From a virus: DNA of 64,000 nucleotides. Positions 40,684 through 50,233 of the stretch are shown piece after piece (position 1 is the first letter of the stretch; every line of letters starts with the position of its first letter). Location of the stretch: IMG/VR virus record IMGVR_UViG_3300044615_001997, one strand, 5' to 3'. A program made the position numbers and the translations under genes. The notes below the pieces were generated by a model. The model made no database searches, was not told the origin of the DNA, and saw only the letters and a list, made by a program, of their open reading frames with translations.

Positions 40684-41988
40684 ATGCCACAGGAATTATC
40701 ATCATTTCAAAAAGATTTAGTTACGCCAGGGTCTGGAACAGACTCTGAGCTGTATCGTGCTATAGCCCCGCTCATAGATTTAAATCGTTTACCTCAACCT
40801 AAAACTAAATTTGATCAAGACAGACTAGAAAAATTAAAAAATGACTTTAGACAGGGAACTCTGGGGTTGGAGTATTTAACCGGCTTAAAAAATAATAAAG
40901 TTGAAACTTTTTTCGATTCACATCCTACAGAAGCAACTGTTTCTAACGTTTTGGGAAATTCTGGTAGAGTAGGCTTAGGTGTTGCCGCTGGAGGTCCCCT
41001 AGTTAATGCTTTGAGACAATGGAAAAATTTAAGGAGAGAAAACGCTTTTCATGCTAGAAGAAAAGATCCCGCTCAAGAGGCAGGCCAGCGCTTAACTCCA
41101 ACAACATCCGAAGGAAAAAGTAAACCTATAGACGAGGATATATTGCGCGTTTTTGGAGACGGAAGACCACAAAATGATCCAGATATAAAATTACCAGCCA
41201 ACGGTGGCGGAAGATCAGTAAAAACACTCGCTATTCAAAATCAAGATGCTTTAAAGCGTAGAGCCGAAGTTTTAGACTCGGTTAGTGGTAATTACGGTAA
41301 ACCAGCTACACAAAACTTCTCAGCAGAATTAAAAAAAGCTTTGAGTATTAAAGATCCAAAAAAACGGTTAGTGGCGGCTAAAGCTTTGATGGAAAAGAGC
41401 CGAGCTTCTAAGTCTTATGGAAATTTGAAGCATTATGTAGATTTGCACACAGATTTACAGAGTTTAAGAGATTCTGGAGGTTTGAAGGGTGGCTTTGGTT
41501 CTTCTATAGGAGATAAACTTTTTGCTAGCGATAAGTTTAATAACTTATTGAATAAGCTGCCTGCAGGATTACAATCTCCAATAAAATCAATTATTCCACA
41601 CAGTCAACAAGGGGCAGAGGATCTTATTAGAAAAAGAATACTGATGAGTCAGGCAGGTCCACATAGTGAGCCTATGCTTAGACAAATAGTTGAGGACGTG
41701 TATGGAGGTAACATCAGTGCACCTAAAACTAAGAATGATAAAATATTTCAGCGAGCTGTATTTGGCCCTACAGGATCACTCGACAATCAGCAAAGATACA
41801 GCAGATACCTTCGCATGTTTGGAGGACCTGCTTTAATGGGTGCGGGTATTGCAGGAGCTGGACTGGGGCTAAACGAAGTAATGAAATTAATACAATCTAA
41901 GGTATACGGAAAAGAAAAAATTAAAGACTGGAAACGTAACGCCTTGAAAGCCAAAGGTGAATTTGAGGAGGCCGACAGGATTAAATAA
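40684..41988 (+). CDS. basic Gly-rich putative internal virion protein
   Basis: VGLGVAAGG and LMGAGIAGAGLG helices. Confidence 0.65.
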   Translation: MPQELSSFQKDLVTPGSGTDSELYRAIAPLIDLNRLPQPKTKFDQDRLEKLKNDFRQGTLGLEYLTGLKNNKVETFFDSHPTEATVSNVLGNSGRVGLGVAAGGPLVNALRQWKNLRRENAFHARRKDPAQEAGQRLTPTTSEGKSKPIDEDILRVFGDGRPQNDPDIKLPANGGGRSVKTLAIQNQDALKRRAEVLDSVSGNYGKPATQNFSAELKKALSIKDPKKRLVAAKALMEKSRASKSYGNLKHYVDLHTDLQSLRDSGGLKGGFGSSIGDKLFASDKFNNLLNKLPAGLQSPIKSIIPHSQQGAEDLIRKRILMSQAGPHSEPMLRQIVEDVYGGNISAPKTKNDKIFQRAVFGPTGSLDNQQRYSRYLRMFGGPALMGAGIAGAGLGLNEVMKLIQSKVYGKEKIKDWKRNALKAKGEFEEADRIK

Positions 41989-43419
41989 ATGATTAAATTT
42001 AATTCTACCGCAGATTGGAGTTTTGACGTTCCTCCTGTAAGCATAGTTAATGATGCTCAAGACCTCAAGAAGGTAGCAGCAGTACAAGATGAGCTTAAGG
42101 TTGAAAAAACTGCAGGTCAGACAGATGTACACGTCATTGCCTTGGGGGCGTACGAAGGGATAGGGCAAAACAGAAATGGTGATTTGTTTAAAGAGGCGGA
42201 ATGCTTAAAACATTATAAAACTTTTGTTAAGTCCGGTGCCCGCAAAGCTGACGGTACTTATGATGGAAGGGCGTTGAACAGACACCATAAGAATAAACCT
42301 GAAGATCCTAAATACGGTAATATCAAGGCGGCGGCATATAACAAAGATATGCGTCGTATTGAGTTAGTTGTTGGGCTAGATAACAACAAATGTGCTGAAG
42401 AGATTCAACGACTTTCAAAAGGAGAACAAATCAACGTCTCTATGGCTGCTAAGGTAGCTAGCGACATTTGTACATGGTGCAAACATGAAGCTAAGGATGA
42501 TCGAGGTCGTTGCGAACACATTCCAACTAGTATAGGTGAATTAAACAAACAGGGAGAAATGTGCGGGATGGACAATGTTTCACCACGTTGGTTTGAACTG
42601 TCTATTGTTGGACGTCCTGCAGACAGAATAGGTATGTCGTTAAAATTGGCACATACTTACGCACCTAAGCTTGCCTCTGATTATATGCAAATATATACAG
42701 GTTTTGTTCCTCCGCAAGAAATGCACGAATTTTTAATTTCTAAAAAAGCTTCTGATAAGCGTGGGTTGTTGCACAAGCTTTCTGAGATGGAGAAGCGTAT
42801 CGAAGGCATAGCTAAAATAGGTCCAAAAGATTCTAAAGAAAAGTATATATCTAATGAGGCAGTTAAATTAAACTCTGGCGATAGGTTATCTCCAGAAGTC
42901 GTTGACGAGCTTAGAAAACACGATCCCTCAAAGCTACTAAAAGCTTTAGGAGAGCATGGAATAATATTTTCTCCTGAAGACTTTGTTGAATATCTTTTTG
43001 GAGATAAGTTAAAAGATAAATCTATAGTAGATAAGATGAAGGAACGTTTACCTCTAGGTTTTAGTAATTTAGCCGACGATGAAGTTTCTTGTGATCGCTC
43101 AGTCAACAATGAGAAATTCGATCCATCAGATTTCGGCGGTATACCTAAAGAATTAAAAGGTATACTTGGCAGTATATTCGATGAGCAATCTTTATTTGAC
43201 CAGCCAGCTCATGGAAGAATTATGAGAATTACTATAATCGGTAGATCTCCCAAAAAATTGAAAGCCAGCACCGATCCAGATAAGTTAGAAAAAGATGCGG
43301 CAGCCGAAGAACTAGCTCAGCAATATTTGACTTATAAATTAGCAGCCTTGCGTTATTTAGAAGAATGCGGTAGATTAGACGATCAGGTGCTTTTAAACGC
43401 CCTCATACAGAATCGATAA
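41989..43419 (+). CDS. prohead maturation serine protease with Cys-rich insert
   Basis: NRNGDLF, RHHKN, VSMAAKVASDICTWC...CEH, FELSIVGRPAD; upstream of scaffold and capsid genes. Confidence 0.75.
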   Translation: MIKFNSTADWSFDVPPVSIVNDAQDLKKVAAVQDELKVEKTAGQTDVHVIALGAYEGIGQNRNGDLFKEAECLKHYKTFVKSGARKADGTYDGRALNRHHKNKPEDPKYGNIKAAAYNKDMRRIELVVGLDNNKCAEEIQRLSKGEQINVSMAAKVASDICTWCKHEAKDDRGRCEHIPTSIGELNKQGEMCGMDNVSPRWFELSIVGRPADRIGMSLKLAHTYAPKLASDYMQIYTGFVPPQEMHEFLISKKASDKRGLLHKLSEMEKRIEGIAKIGPKDSKEKYISNEAVKLNSGDRLSPEVVDELRKHDPSKLLKALGEHGIIFSPEDFVEYLFGDKLKDKSIVDKMKERLPLGFSNLADDEVSCDRSVNNEKFDPSDFGGIPKELKGILGSIFDEQSLFDQPAHGRIMRITIIGRSPKKLKASTDPDKLEKDAAAEELAQQYLTYKLAALRYLEECGRLDDQVLLNALIQNR

Positions 43420-43426
43420 AAAAAAC

Positions 43427-43455
43427 TTGGAACCTATTAAAAATTAAGTTAGTAT
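43427..43455 (+). promoter_or_regulatory. sigma70-like promoter TTGGAA-17-TAGTAT
   Basis: Canonical spacing; GGAG SD downstream. Confidence 0.5.
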
Positions 43456-43482
43456 AAGAAATAATTATCTCGGAGAAACATT

Positions 43483-44499
43483 ATGAATGAACATTTTTTA
43501 AATGGCTTTGTTAAAGCCGCTCAAGCCGCAGGAATGTCAAATGCTGAAATTGAAGCATTGTTAAAACAAGCAGAACCTATGGCACCACAAGAAGAAGCTC
43601 CAATGGAAGAAGCTCCAATGGAAGAAGCTCCAATGCCCGAAGCTCCAATGGGTGAAGAAGGCGGAGAGGAAGAATTGAATCAACTACTCGCTCAGTTAAG
43701 CCCAGAAGAGATTGAACAATTAGCTCAAGAGCTTGCTGCCGAGATGGGTGGAGAATCCGCAGGCTCTAACGAATTAGAGCAAGTTCCTGAATTAGCCGCA
43801 GCCATAGAGCAACAGCTAGGCCAAAATCCTGAAGTAGCTGAAGCCACAGCTCCATCACCCGAGATGACAGAAGAAGTTATGGCTAAACAGAGTGCCATTA
43901 ATTTTATTAAATCTGCTGAATATGTAGAAGGCTTTTTAGAGCAGGCTATTGGTCGTGGAATGAATTTGAAGCAGGCTGTAGAATTGTACGACAGCGCATT
44001 TAGCACAACTTTTAATCAACTTAAAACAAGTGAGTTGAAAGGTAATCAGCACAAACTAGATGTTGATGGTGACGGTAAAATTGAAGCTGACGATCTTAAA
44101 AAACTTCGTGCAGGTAAAGCCGAAGTTAAAGAAGCCGAGCTCAAAGGCGACCAACACAAACTAGATGTTGATGGTGACGGTAAAATTGAAGCTGACGATC
44201 TTAAAAAACTTCGTGCAGGTAAAAAAAACGAAGTAGATGAAAAGACAGCTGCTTATTACGAAGGTGTTTTAGAACGCTGTCGTGAATACGGTATGACTGA
44301 TGTTCAAGCTTTGGAGCTCGTAAAAAACGCAAAAGCAGCAAAATCGTTATTTGAAGGAGCTAAAGATATCGGAAGAAAAGCCGTTAATTATGTAGCAGAA
44401 AGACCAGCTCGTGCTGCAGCCATTGGTACAGGAGTTACTGCTGCAGGCCTTGTCGGCTATAATGCTTTAAAAAAAGAAGATAAAGAAGACAAAGAATAA
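43483..44499 (+). CDS. acidic scaffold or internal head protein with two EF-hand-like loops
   Basis: EEAPM repeats, DVDGDGKIEADD twice, repeated GF-x-K-x-A helices. Confidence 0.7.
   Translation: MNEHFLNGFVKAAQAAGMSNAEIEALLKQAEPMAPQEEAPMEEAPMEEAPMPEAPMGEEGGEEELNQLLAQLSPEEIEQLAQELAAEMGGESAGSNELEQVPELAAAIEQQLGQNPEVAEATAPSPEMTEEVMAKQSAINFIKSAEYVEGFLEQAIGRGMNLKQAVELYDSAFSTTFNQLKTSELKGNQHKLDVDGDGKIEADDLKKLRAGKAEVKEAELKGDQHKLDVDGDGKIEADDLKKLRAGKKNEVDEKTAAYYEGVLERCREYGMTDVQALELVKNAKAAKSLFEGAKDIGRKAVNYVAERPARAAAIGTGVTAAGLVGYNALKKEDKEDKE
43591..43650 (+). repeat. 15-bp tandem repeat x4 (EEAPM)
   Basis: GAAGAAGCTCCAATG three times plus one variant. Confidence 0.9.
44050..44223 (+). repeat. 69-bp exact direct repeat x2, period 105 bp
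   Basis: 44050-44118 identical to 44155-44223. Confidence 0.9.
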
Positions 44500-44502
44500 C
44501 TA

Positions 44503-44531
44503 TTTACAAAAAACAAAACATTCAATATAAT
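44503..44531 (+). promoter_or_regulatory. sigma70-like promoter TTTACA-17-TATAAT
   Basis: Near-consensus; AGGAG SD before ATG 44555. Confidence 0.7.
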
Positions 44532-44554
44532 AAAAAAATAGGAGAAAATATATT

Positions 44555-45532
44555 ATGGGCAAATTAACAAAACACGCCGAAGTTTTAACTCAACTGCATT
44601 CTTTAGTTAAGAAGCAGGCTGAAGAGGCACAAAAAAATATTTCTGGAGTTCCTGGGGTTGAAACAAAACCTGAGAGCATTAAGGAAGAACACGAAACCAC
44701 CAATAAGAATTCTGTTGGTCCTGAGAACAATCCTCAAGGTTATTCTCAGAAACCCAGCTCAGATTCTTCTGAACCTGTGGCTTCACCTAAGACTGCTGAG
44801 AGTCTTGGTAATGAAATTTTAGACCTTATTCGTAAGCACGCAGATGCACAGGACTCCGCTACAGGCGTCCCAGGAAAAGACACCAATCCTGAAAAGATTG
44901 ACGAGAAGAACGAAACAACCGACAAGAACAGTGTCGGCCCAGAAAAAAATACTCCTCAAACAACCGGCGAGCAAAAAGAAAGCACCGACGACAGTAAGCC
45001 AGTAGCTTCTGCTAAGAGTGCTGGTGAAATGCCTGAAGCTTTAAAAGAGCACTTCGAAAAGAAGGAAGGCAAAAAAGAAGATAAAAGTGAAGATCATAAA
45101 GAAGATAAGAAGGCTGAAGATGAAGTTACAGAATTAGCTTCTAAAGTTGCCTCTTATGAGCTTGGTCGTCAATTCTGCGCCGCTCTTCTCAAAGCCGCCT
45201 CTGAAGGCGAGCAAGATGAAGCTCAAATGGCTAAAGAAGCTGGACGTAGAGACTTGGAACTTCTCATTGCTCAAGCTGCTCAAGATCTAACTCCAGCTGG
45301 TGAAAAACAAGCTGAGGCCGAAGGTGCTGCCTATTTTGAACAAGTTTTAAAGCAGGCCGCTTTTGACCAAGCTGTTAAAGAAAACGAAGAGCTCAAAGCT
45401 AAAGTTGCTGAACTTACCTCCAAGGAAGCTGCTGAGAAGCAGGCTGAGGAGCAAGCCAACGCGCAAGCTGAGCTGGCCGATAAAGTAGCCAGCATCGTTC
45501 TCGAAAAGCTTAAAGCTGCAGCACAAGAGTAA
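44555..45532 (+). CDS. prohead scaffolding protein (putative)
   Basis: Acidic, Ala/Glu/Lys-rich, about 15 KxA sites, internal duplication, between protease and capsid genes. Confidence 0.65.
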   Translation: MGKLTKHAEVLTQLHSLVKKQAEEAQKNISGVPGVETKPESIKEEHETTNKNSVGPENNPQGYSQKPSSDSSEPVASPKTAESLGNEILDLIRKHADAQDSATGVPGKDTNPEKIDEKNETTDKNSVGPEKNTPQTTGEQKESTDDSKPVASAKSAGEMPEALKEHFEKKEGKKEDKSEDHKEDKKAEDEVTELASKVASYELGRQFCAALLKAASEGEQDEAQMAKEAGRRDLELLIAQAAQDLTPAGEKQAEAEGAAYFEQVLKQAAFDQAVKENEELKAKVAELTSKEAAEKQAEEQANAQAELADKVASIVLEKLKAAAQE

Positions 45533-45535
45533 TTT

Positions 45536-45691
45536 ATGCAAGAGTCTCAAGGAGTTCAACCCTCTCTGGAACTCGAAGCTGTAAAAGCTCTAACACAACT
45601 TTCAGACGAAGATAAAAGAAAAGTATTAGAGTATATCGAAAGTTTAGTAATCTTAGAAACAACTGTAACCAATGAACAAGGAAGTATTTGA
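45536..45691 (+). CDS. small hypothetical protein (51 aa)
   Basis: Fills gap between scaffold-type genes. Confidence 0.45.
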   Translation: MQESQGVQPSLELEAVKALTQLSDEDKRKVLEYIESLVILETTVTNEQGSI

Positions 45692-46067
45692 AAAGTTTGA
45701 GGTTTTTACTAAAACTGCATTGGAAGAAATTGCAGACCTTAAACAGCAGTTGGGCAGTTTGAATGAAAAAGTCGCAGCAGAAAAAGAAGCTCGTGACGAA
45801 GAATTTGAACACGCTTTAAAAAAGGCAGCTACTGCCTTATACGATTCTGATTTTATTAATGACGAATACGATAAGCGTCGTTTTATAAAGAAGGCTAAAG
45901 AAGACAATAAATATTTAGCCGAAGTCATACAAAAAATTTGCCAAGCCTCGGATGTATCAGCTTTTGGATCAGTGGCTAATATTAAAACAGCCGGTGATCT
46001 TCAGGATGATCCCGTAATGCGTAAAGCATTTGGTTATGATGTAAATTATAATTTACTCGACGAATAA
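45672..46067 (+). CDS. coiled-coil head assembly protein
   Basis: TKTA, EKVA, KKAA, IKTA. Confidence 0.65.
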   Translation: MNKEVFEKFEVFTKTALEEIADLKQQLGSLNEKVAAEKEARDEEFEHALKKAATALYDSDFINDEYDKRRFIKKAKEDNKYLAEVIQKICQASDVSAFGSVANIKTAGDLQDDPVMRKAFGYDVNYNLLDE

Positions 46068-46204
46068 TGTTGACGTAAATTAAAAATTTTGAAATAATTT
46101 ATAGATAACTTCAGCAATACAACTAGAGCGGTCCTTGATCGGAAGCCAGTCTGAGAAGCAGAAGCAAAAATAAAAACAAACAACAATAAGGAGAAAAATA
46201 AAAT

Positions 46205-46669
46205 ATGATTAACTTCAAAAAAGGTCCAGCTCTGAGCTTGGGGCAATCAGATAAAGTTGCCAAGCCAGCTTCTGGCGAAGCTATTGAAGCGGGTCACGTT
46301 GTTCGTATTGCTTCCAATGGAGAGGCCTCACTCGGTGTGAGCGAAACTCCAGCTGCAGACTTACTCGGATTCGCTATTACAGACGTTACCGATGGTGATG
46401 CCATCGAGTCTGGCAAAATCGGCGTTTATCTTCTCGACGGTGCAACCATCGTTGAAACAGATAAAGCAGTCGGTGCAATCAACTCAACAAACTATCCTAT
46501 CGGCGCAGCTGTCACAGCTAGCGAAGCAGGTTTAGTAGCTGTTGCCAGCGAAGGCGACAGAGTAATCGGTCAAGTCGAAGGTATTCGCAACCTCCCATCG
46601 GTCGAAGTGGTCAATGGAAGAAAAATTCAAGGAACCAGAGCCTTTTTAGGTGTTAAGCTTTCTGCTTAA
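46205..46669 (+). CDS. capsid decoration or cement protein (putative)
   Basis: Small Gly/Ala beta protein directly upstream of MCP; high-expression codon bias. Confidence 0.65.
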   Translation: MINFKKGPALSLGQSDKVAKPASGEAIEAGHVVRIASNGEASLGVSETPAADLLGFAITDVTDGDAIESGKIGVYLLDGATIVETDKAVGAINSTNYPIGAAVTASEAGLVAVASEGDRVIGQVEGIRNLPSVEVVNGRKIQGTRAFLGVKLSA

Positions 46670-46692
46670 TCTAAACGGAGAAATTAAATATT

Positions 46693-47649
46693 ATGGAAAA
46701 AATCGCAGACGTTAAAGTATTCAACGATACATTCGTTGAAATGGTGAAAGCCGGTCAGGAAAAGCAAGCCGCTGTTTCTGCTCAGCAATTCACCCGTAAC
46801 AAACTTCGTGAAGAAAGCTTCGCAGAGAAAATCATCACCCCAATCGACATCAGCAATGATGAACTCGATAAGGCTGAGAATCCTGAGTTGCTCGTTAAGT
46901 GGAACGATCGTGAACCTGATACTGCTCCAGCAACAACTGTGCCCCTCGGCGTAGTTCCTGATGCTGTTCAGTTCTTCGGTACACGCTATCCTTCCTACTT
47001 CACACGCATTACTTCACCTAAGTTCAACAAAGATATCGATCATCTTCGCACATACGATTACGACATCCGTGCAATCATGCTCGAAATCAGCACAAAAGAT
47101 ATCGCTACAGAAATCGACACTCGTTTCATCGAGCGTGTTGACAGCGTTATCGGAACAGCTAACACAGCTAACCCTCTGAACGGTCTCGGCCTTCCTCAGA
47201 ATGTTACCATCGCTGGTGGTATCACTCGTGAGAACGTCGCCGATGCTTTCAAGGCCATCAAGCGTCTCCGTGTTCCTTTCGGACCTGCTCAGCCAGACGG
47301 CGGCGAGTCCAAGGGCGTCATGCTCATGAACACAGTTACTGCTGATGACTTCGTTAAGCTCGATCGTAGCGAAGCTGGTGGTGACCTCTCTCAGGAGATG
47401 TACATCAACGGTCTTCCTGCTAAGACCATCTACGGTGTCAAGCCCATCTATACAATCAAGCGTGACTTGATTCCTGATGGTGTTATTTACCTCTTCTCTT
47501 CTGAGGAGTTCTTCGGTAAATACTATCGCTTGCAGCCTCTCACAGTGTTCATGAAGAACGAAGCTTACTTCTTAGAGTACTTCCAATACATGAATATCTC
47601 GATGGCTATCGGTAACGTTAAAGGTGCCGTTAAAATCACCTTCAACTAA
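46693..47649 (+). CDS. major capsid protein (putative HK97 fold)
   Basis: Position, GGAG SD, very strong codon bias (TTC, ATC, AAC, CGT), N-terminal EKQA, followed by terminator. Confidence 0.78.
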   Translation: MEKIADVKVFNDTFVEMVKAGQEKQAAVSAQQFTRNKLREESFAEKIITPIDISNDELDKAENPELLVKWNDREPDTAPATTVPLGVVPDAVQFFGTRYPSYFTRITSPKFNKDIDHLRTYDYDIRAIMLEISTKDIATEIDTRFIERVDSVIGTANTANPLNGLGLPQNVTIAGGITRENVADAFKAIKRLRVPFGPAQPDGGESKGVMLMNTVTADDFVKLDRSEAGGDLSQEMYINGLPAKTIYGVKPIYTIKRDLIPDGVIYLFSSEEFFGKYYRLQPLTVFMKNEAYFLEYFQYMNISMAIGNVKGAVKITFN

Positions 47650-47674
47650 TCGTAGTTGACAGTAAAAAATTAGC

Positions 47675-47707
47675 AAGGGGGAGTGAATAACTCCCCCTTC
47701 GCTTTTT
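47675..47707 (+). terminator. Rho-independent terminator
   Basis: AAGGGGGAGT-gaata-ACTCCCCCTT then T-run. Confidence 0.85.
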
Positions 47708-47712
47708 ATGGG

Positions 47713-47741
47713 TTCACAACACAGGATAACTCATATATAAT
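47713..47741 (+). promoter_or_regulatory. sigma70-like promoter TTCACA-17-TATAAT, leaderless
   Basis: ATG 47748 lies 6 nt after the -10 box. Confidence 0.7.
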
Positions 47742-47747
47742 GTAGTT

Positions 47748-47963
47748 ATGAATGCTGAACATATATTAGAAGAATTTATAAAATTTGCCCAATTCAATAA
47801 CGCTATACCTGGACTAGGTCAATCAAATGTAATTCAACCTCAAATACTTTCTGGACAACCACCAAAAAGAACTTCAAATGTAACTATGGAATATGGTGGA
47901 GATAGAAATGGAAATACTGTTACCGTAAAACCTGCGACTAACTCAAAAAAGGTAAATATATAA
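47748..47963 (+). CDS. small putative virion protein
   Basis: EEFIKFA motif. Confidence 0.55.
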   Translation: MNAEHILEEFIKFAQFNNAIPGLGQSNVIQPQILSGQPPKRTSNVTMEYGGDRNGNTVTVKPATNSKKVNI

Positions 47964-47966
47964 TTT

Positions 47967-48410
47967 ATGGCGCTATCAATTTTAACTCCTGAAGAAATAA
48001 GATTATTTATGCTCGATAGAGCAGAAATGAATCCGCTTTTGTTAGGTATCAGATTCACTCCGGAAATGATCGAGCAGGCTGTAGTTAATACTGTAGATTA
48101 TTTTAATTTAATGAATCCTCCTATAAACGAATATTATACAATAGAGACATTTCCATTTAGGTCTCTTTTATTAATGGGAGCTGCTGGGTACTTATTACGC
48201 TCCGCAGCCATCAACGAAGCCTCCAATCAATTAAGCTATGCGTCAGATGGTGTTCAAGTTAACGACAAAGACAAAGCTCAGATATTTTTAACTATTGGCG
48301 GCAATTTATGGGAAGAGTTCAAACAGATGGCTACAAATATTAGAATAAATATTAATGTAGCTCAAGTATACGGAACTAAACACTCAGAATACATTTATAG
48401 AGTGAGATAA
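47967..48410 (+). CDS. head-tail adaptor (neck) protein, putative
   Basis: Size and position after MCP; helical with LSYASDGVQVND hairpin. Confidence 0.6.
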   Translation: MALSILTPEEIRLFMLDRAEMNPLLLGIRFTPEMIEQAVVNTVDYFNLMNPPINEYYTIETFPFRSLLLMGAAGYLLRSAAINEASNQLSYASDGVQVNDKDKAQIFLTIGGNLWEEFKQMATNIRININVAQVYGTKHSEYIYRVR

Positions 48411-48411
48411 T

Positions 48412-48630
48412 ATGGGTAGATTCGACCAAAATTGTAATAGTTTAGCGCATACGGTAGAGGTGAATACTCTAAATGAAAAATTAGTAAGAAAATTTAAAAA
48501 TATAAAAAAAAATAAAAGTTTAGGTTATAGTATAATGCAGCGCGTTATTGAAACTAATAATCCTGCAGTATTTGCCTTTAAAACAAGTTCTTGGTTTGTA
48601 CAAAAAATTAAAAATGTTTTTGATCAATGA
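48412..48630 (+). CDS. hypothetical basic protein
   Basis: Coupled ORF. Confidence 0.45.
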   Translation: MGRFDQNCNSLAHTVEVNTLNEKLVRKFKNIKKNKSLGYSIMQRVIETNNPAVFAFKTSSWFVQKIKNVFDQ

Positions 48631-49445
48631 AACACAACCAGACATTTTCAAAAATTTTTATGATCCCAGACTTTGTCCGTGGACATTTTATTCAATGGGA
48701 ATTAGATACTTTTTTTAATGGAGAAAAACCATATAACTTTATTTTACAGGTGAGTCAAACATTAGACTTTTCTGAAATTGCTTATGAACTGGAAGTGGGC
48801 GATAGCTTTTTTGCTATAGATAACAGTAATTATAAACAATCTTGGTCTATGAATTATAATTATAGGATTGTTTTAATTACTGGCGACTATAACCGGTATT
48901 ATTCTCCATCCTTGATATTTGGACAAACTGGTACATCTCAAAGAAAATATTCTATGGCCGGAGAAATCATCAGGAAAGAACTTTTGCTTTGTCGTTACGC
49001 AGGACATCAAGCTTGGCTATTAAAAAGAAAAACCTATGGAACTGTTTCAGCAAAAACAGCAGTATATTTAGATCCGGTATCTGGTGTACCTATAGCGGAT
49101 GAAAGAAATGTTGATTATGGTGTGGGCTTAGACGAAGGATTTTTTAAACCGGTAGCCTGTGCCTATACAATAGACAGGGCTCATATGGATAAGCAGTTAG
49201 ATCCTGCAGGATTAGGTGTGAAAGAAACCACAGATATGATTGTGAGAATGCCTGGCTACCCGTCAATAGATTCTAGAGACATTATTTGTCCTAATCTGGA
49301 TGGATGGCGTTATAATGTTTTAGCTAAAGATACGGTTTATTTTCCTGGCTCAGGTATACCTATAAGCCAGAAAGTTACCTTGCGTCTTATCCCACAAACA
49401 GATACTGTTTATAACATAGAAATACCTGCGAATTTAAATGAATAA
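48627..49445 (+). CDS. head closure or neck protein, putative
   Basis: Position between adaptor and tail terminator; beta-rich. Confidence 0.5.
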   Translation: MKHNQTFSKIFMIPDFVRGHFIQWELDTFFNGEKPYNFILQVSQTLDFSEIAYELEVGDSFFAIDNSNYKQSWSMNYNYRIVLITGDYNRYYSPSLIFGQTGTSQRKYSMAGEIIRKELLLCRYAGHQAWLLKRKTYGTVSAKTAVYLDPVSGVPIADERNVDYGVGLDEGFFKPVACAYTIDRAHMDKQLDPAGLGVKETTDMIVRMPGYPSIDSRDIICPNLDGWRYNVLAKDTVYFPGSGIPISQKVTLRLIPQTDTVYNIEIPANLNE

Positions 49446-50166
49446 CGAAAGTGATATTATTTTTAATACGGTCGGAGGAACAATAGAGCCATGTCCACCA
49501 CCGGTAGGTTATGTAAATCCTCAGTATAGGGACATAAATACTTGTGAAGATAAAAATAGAAAATTAATGTTGACTCCCTGGACGGTGCAGAACATTTGCT
49601 ATGAACTCATAGCTAATTATATGTTAACTAATGATCCTAAAGAACAGGGATATGTTTTTTCTCAACGCTACGATCGCGATCCCAGAAAAACTCAAATATT
49701 TTTAGATATTGTTTTAAATTATCGTGACGATGTGGTTCAAAAGAGACCGGCAGTGTTTGTTGGAAGAGGACCTGCACAATATAGATATCCTACAATGAAC
49801 CAACAAATAGGATCAAATTCACCCGAGTCAGAAAAAACAAAATTGGCTATTATTACTATGCCAATTGTAGTTACAGTTATAGGTACAAATGTGGGATTTA
49901 CAGAGCAAGTTGCCGAGTATATTTCAAATGGTTTTTTATTTTATTTAGAACAAATTAGAACAGATTTTAACTTTCGTATTTTTAGACTGGAAGATGTAGG
50001 TAATCCTACGCTATACTTAGAGTCTAAAGATCATTTCGCTATTCCATTAAATTTAATGACTTCTTTTGATCTGGGCTTTACAATCAAGGGAGATCATCTA
50101 AAATTAAAGACTATCGGATATACAGTGTTTACGAGTTGTGTGGAATCACCCCTTTTAAACCAGTAA
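49438..50166 (+). CDS. tail terminator or completion protein, putative
   Basis: QKRPAVFVGRG; immediately upstream of sheath. Confidence 0.55.
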   Translation: MNNESDIIFNTVGGTIEPCPPPVGYVNPQYRDINTCEDKNRKLMLTPWTVQNICYELIANYMLTNDPKEQGYVFSQRYDRDPRKTQIFLDIVLNYRDDVVQKRPAVFVGRGPAQYRYPTMNQQIGSNSPESEKTKLAIITMPIVVTVIGTNVGFTEQVAEYISNGFLFYLEQIRTDFNFRIFRLEDVGNPTLYLESKDHFAIPLNLMTSFDLGFTIKGDHLKLKTIGYTVFTSCVESPLLNQ

Positions 50167-50175
50167 AAAAAAGAT

Positions 50176-50204
50176 TTGCAAAGAACAATAAATTAACTTA
50201 ATAT
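50176..50204 (+). promoter_or_regulatory. sigma70-like promoter TTGCAA-17-TAATAT
   Basis: Canonical spacing; AGGAG SD before sheath ATG. Confidence 0.6.
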
Positions 50205-50233
50205 AACAAATAACAATTTAGGAGAAAAAAATT

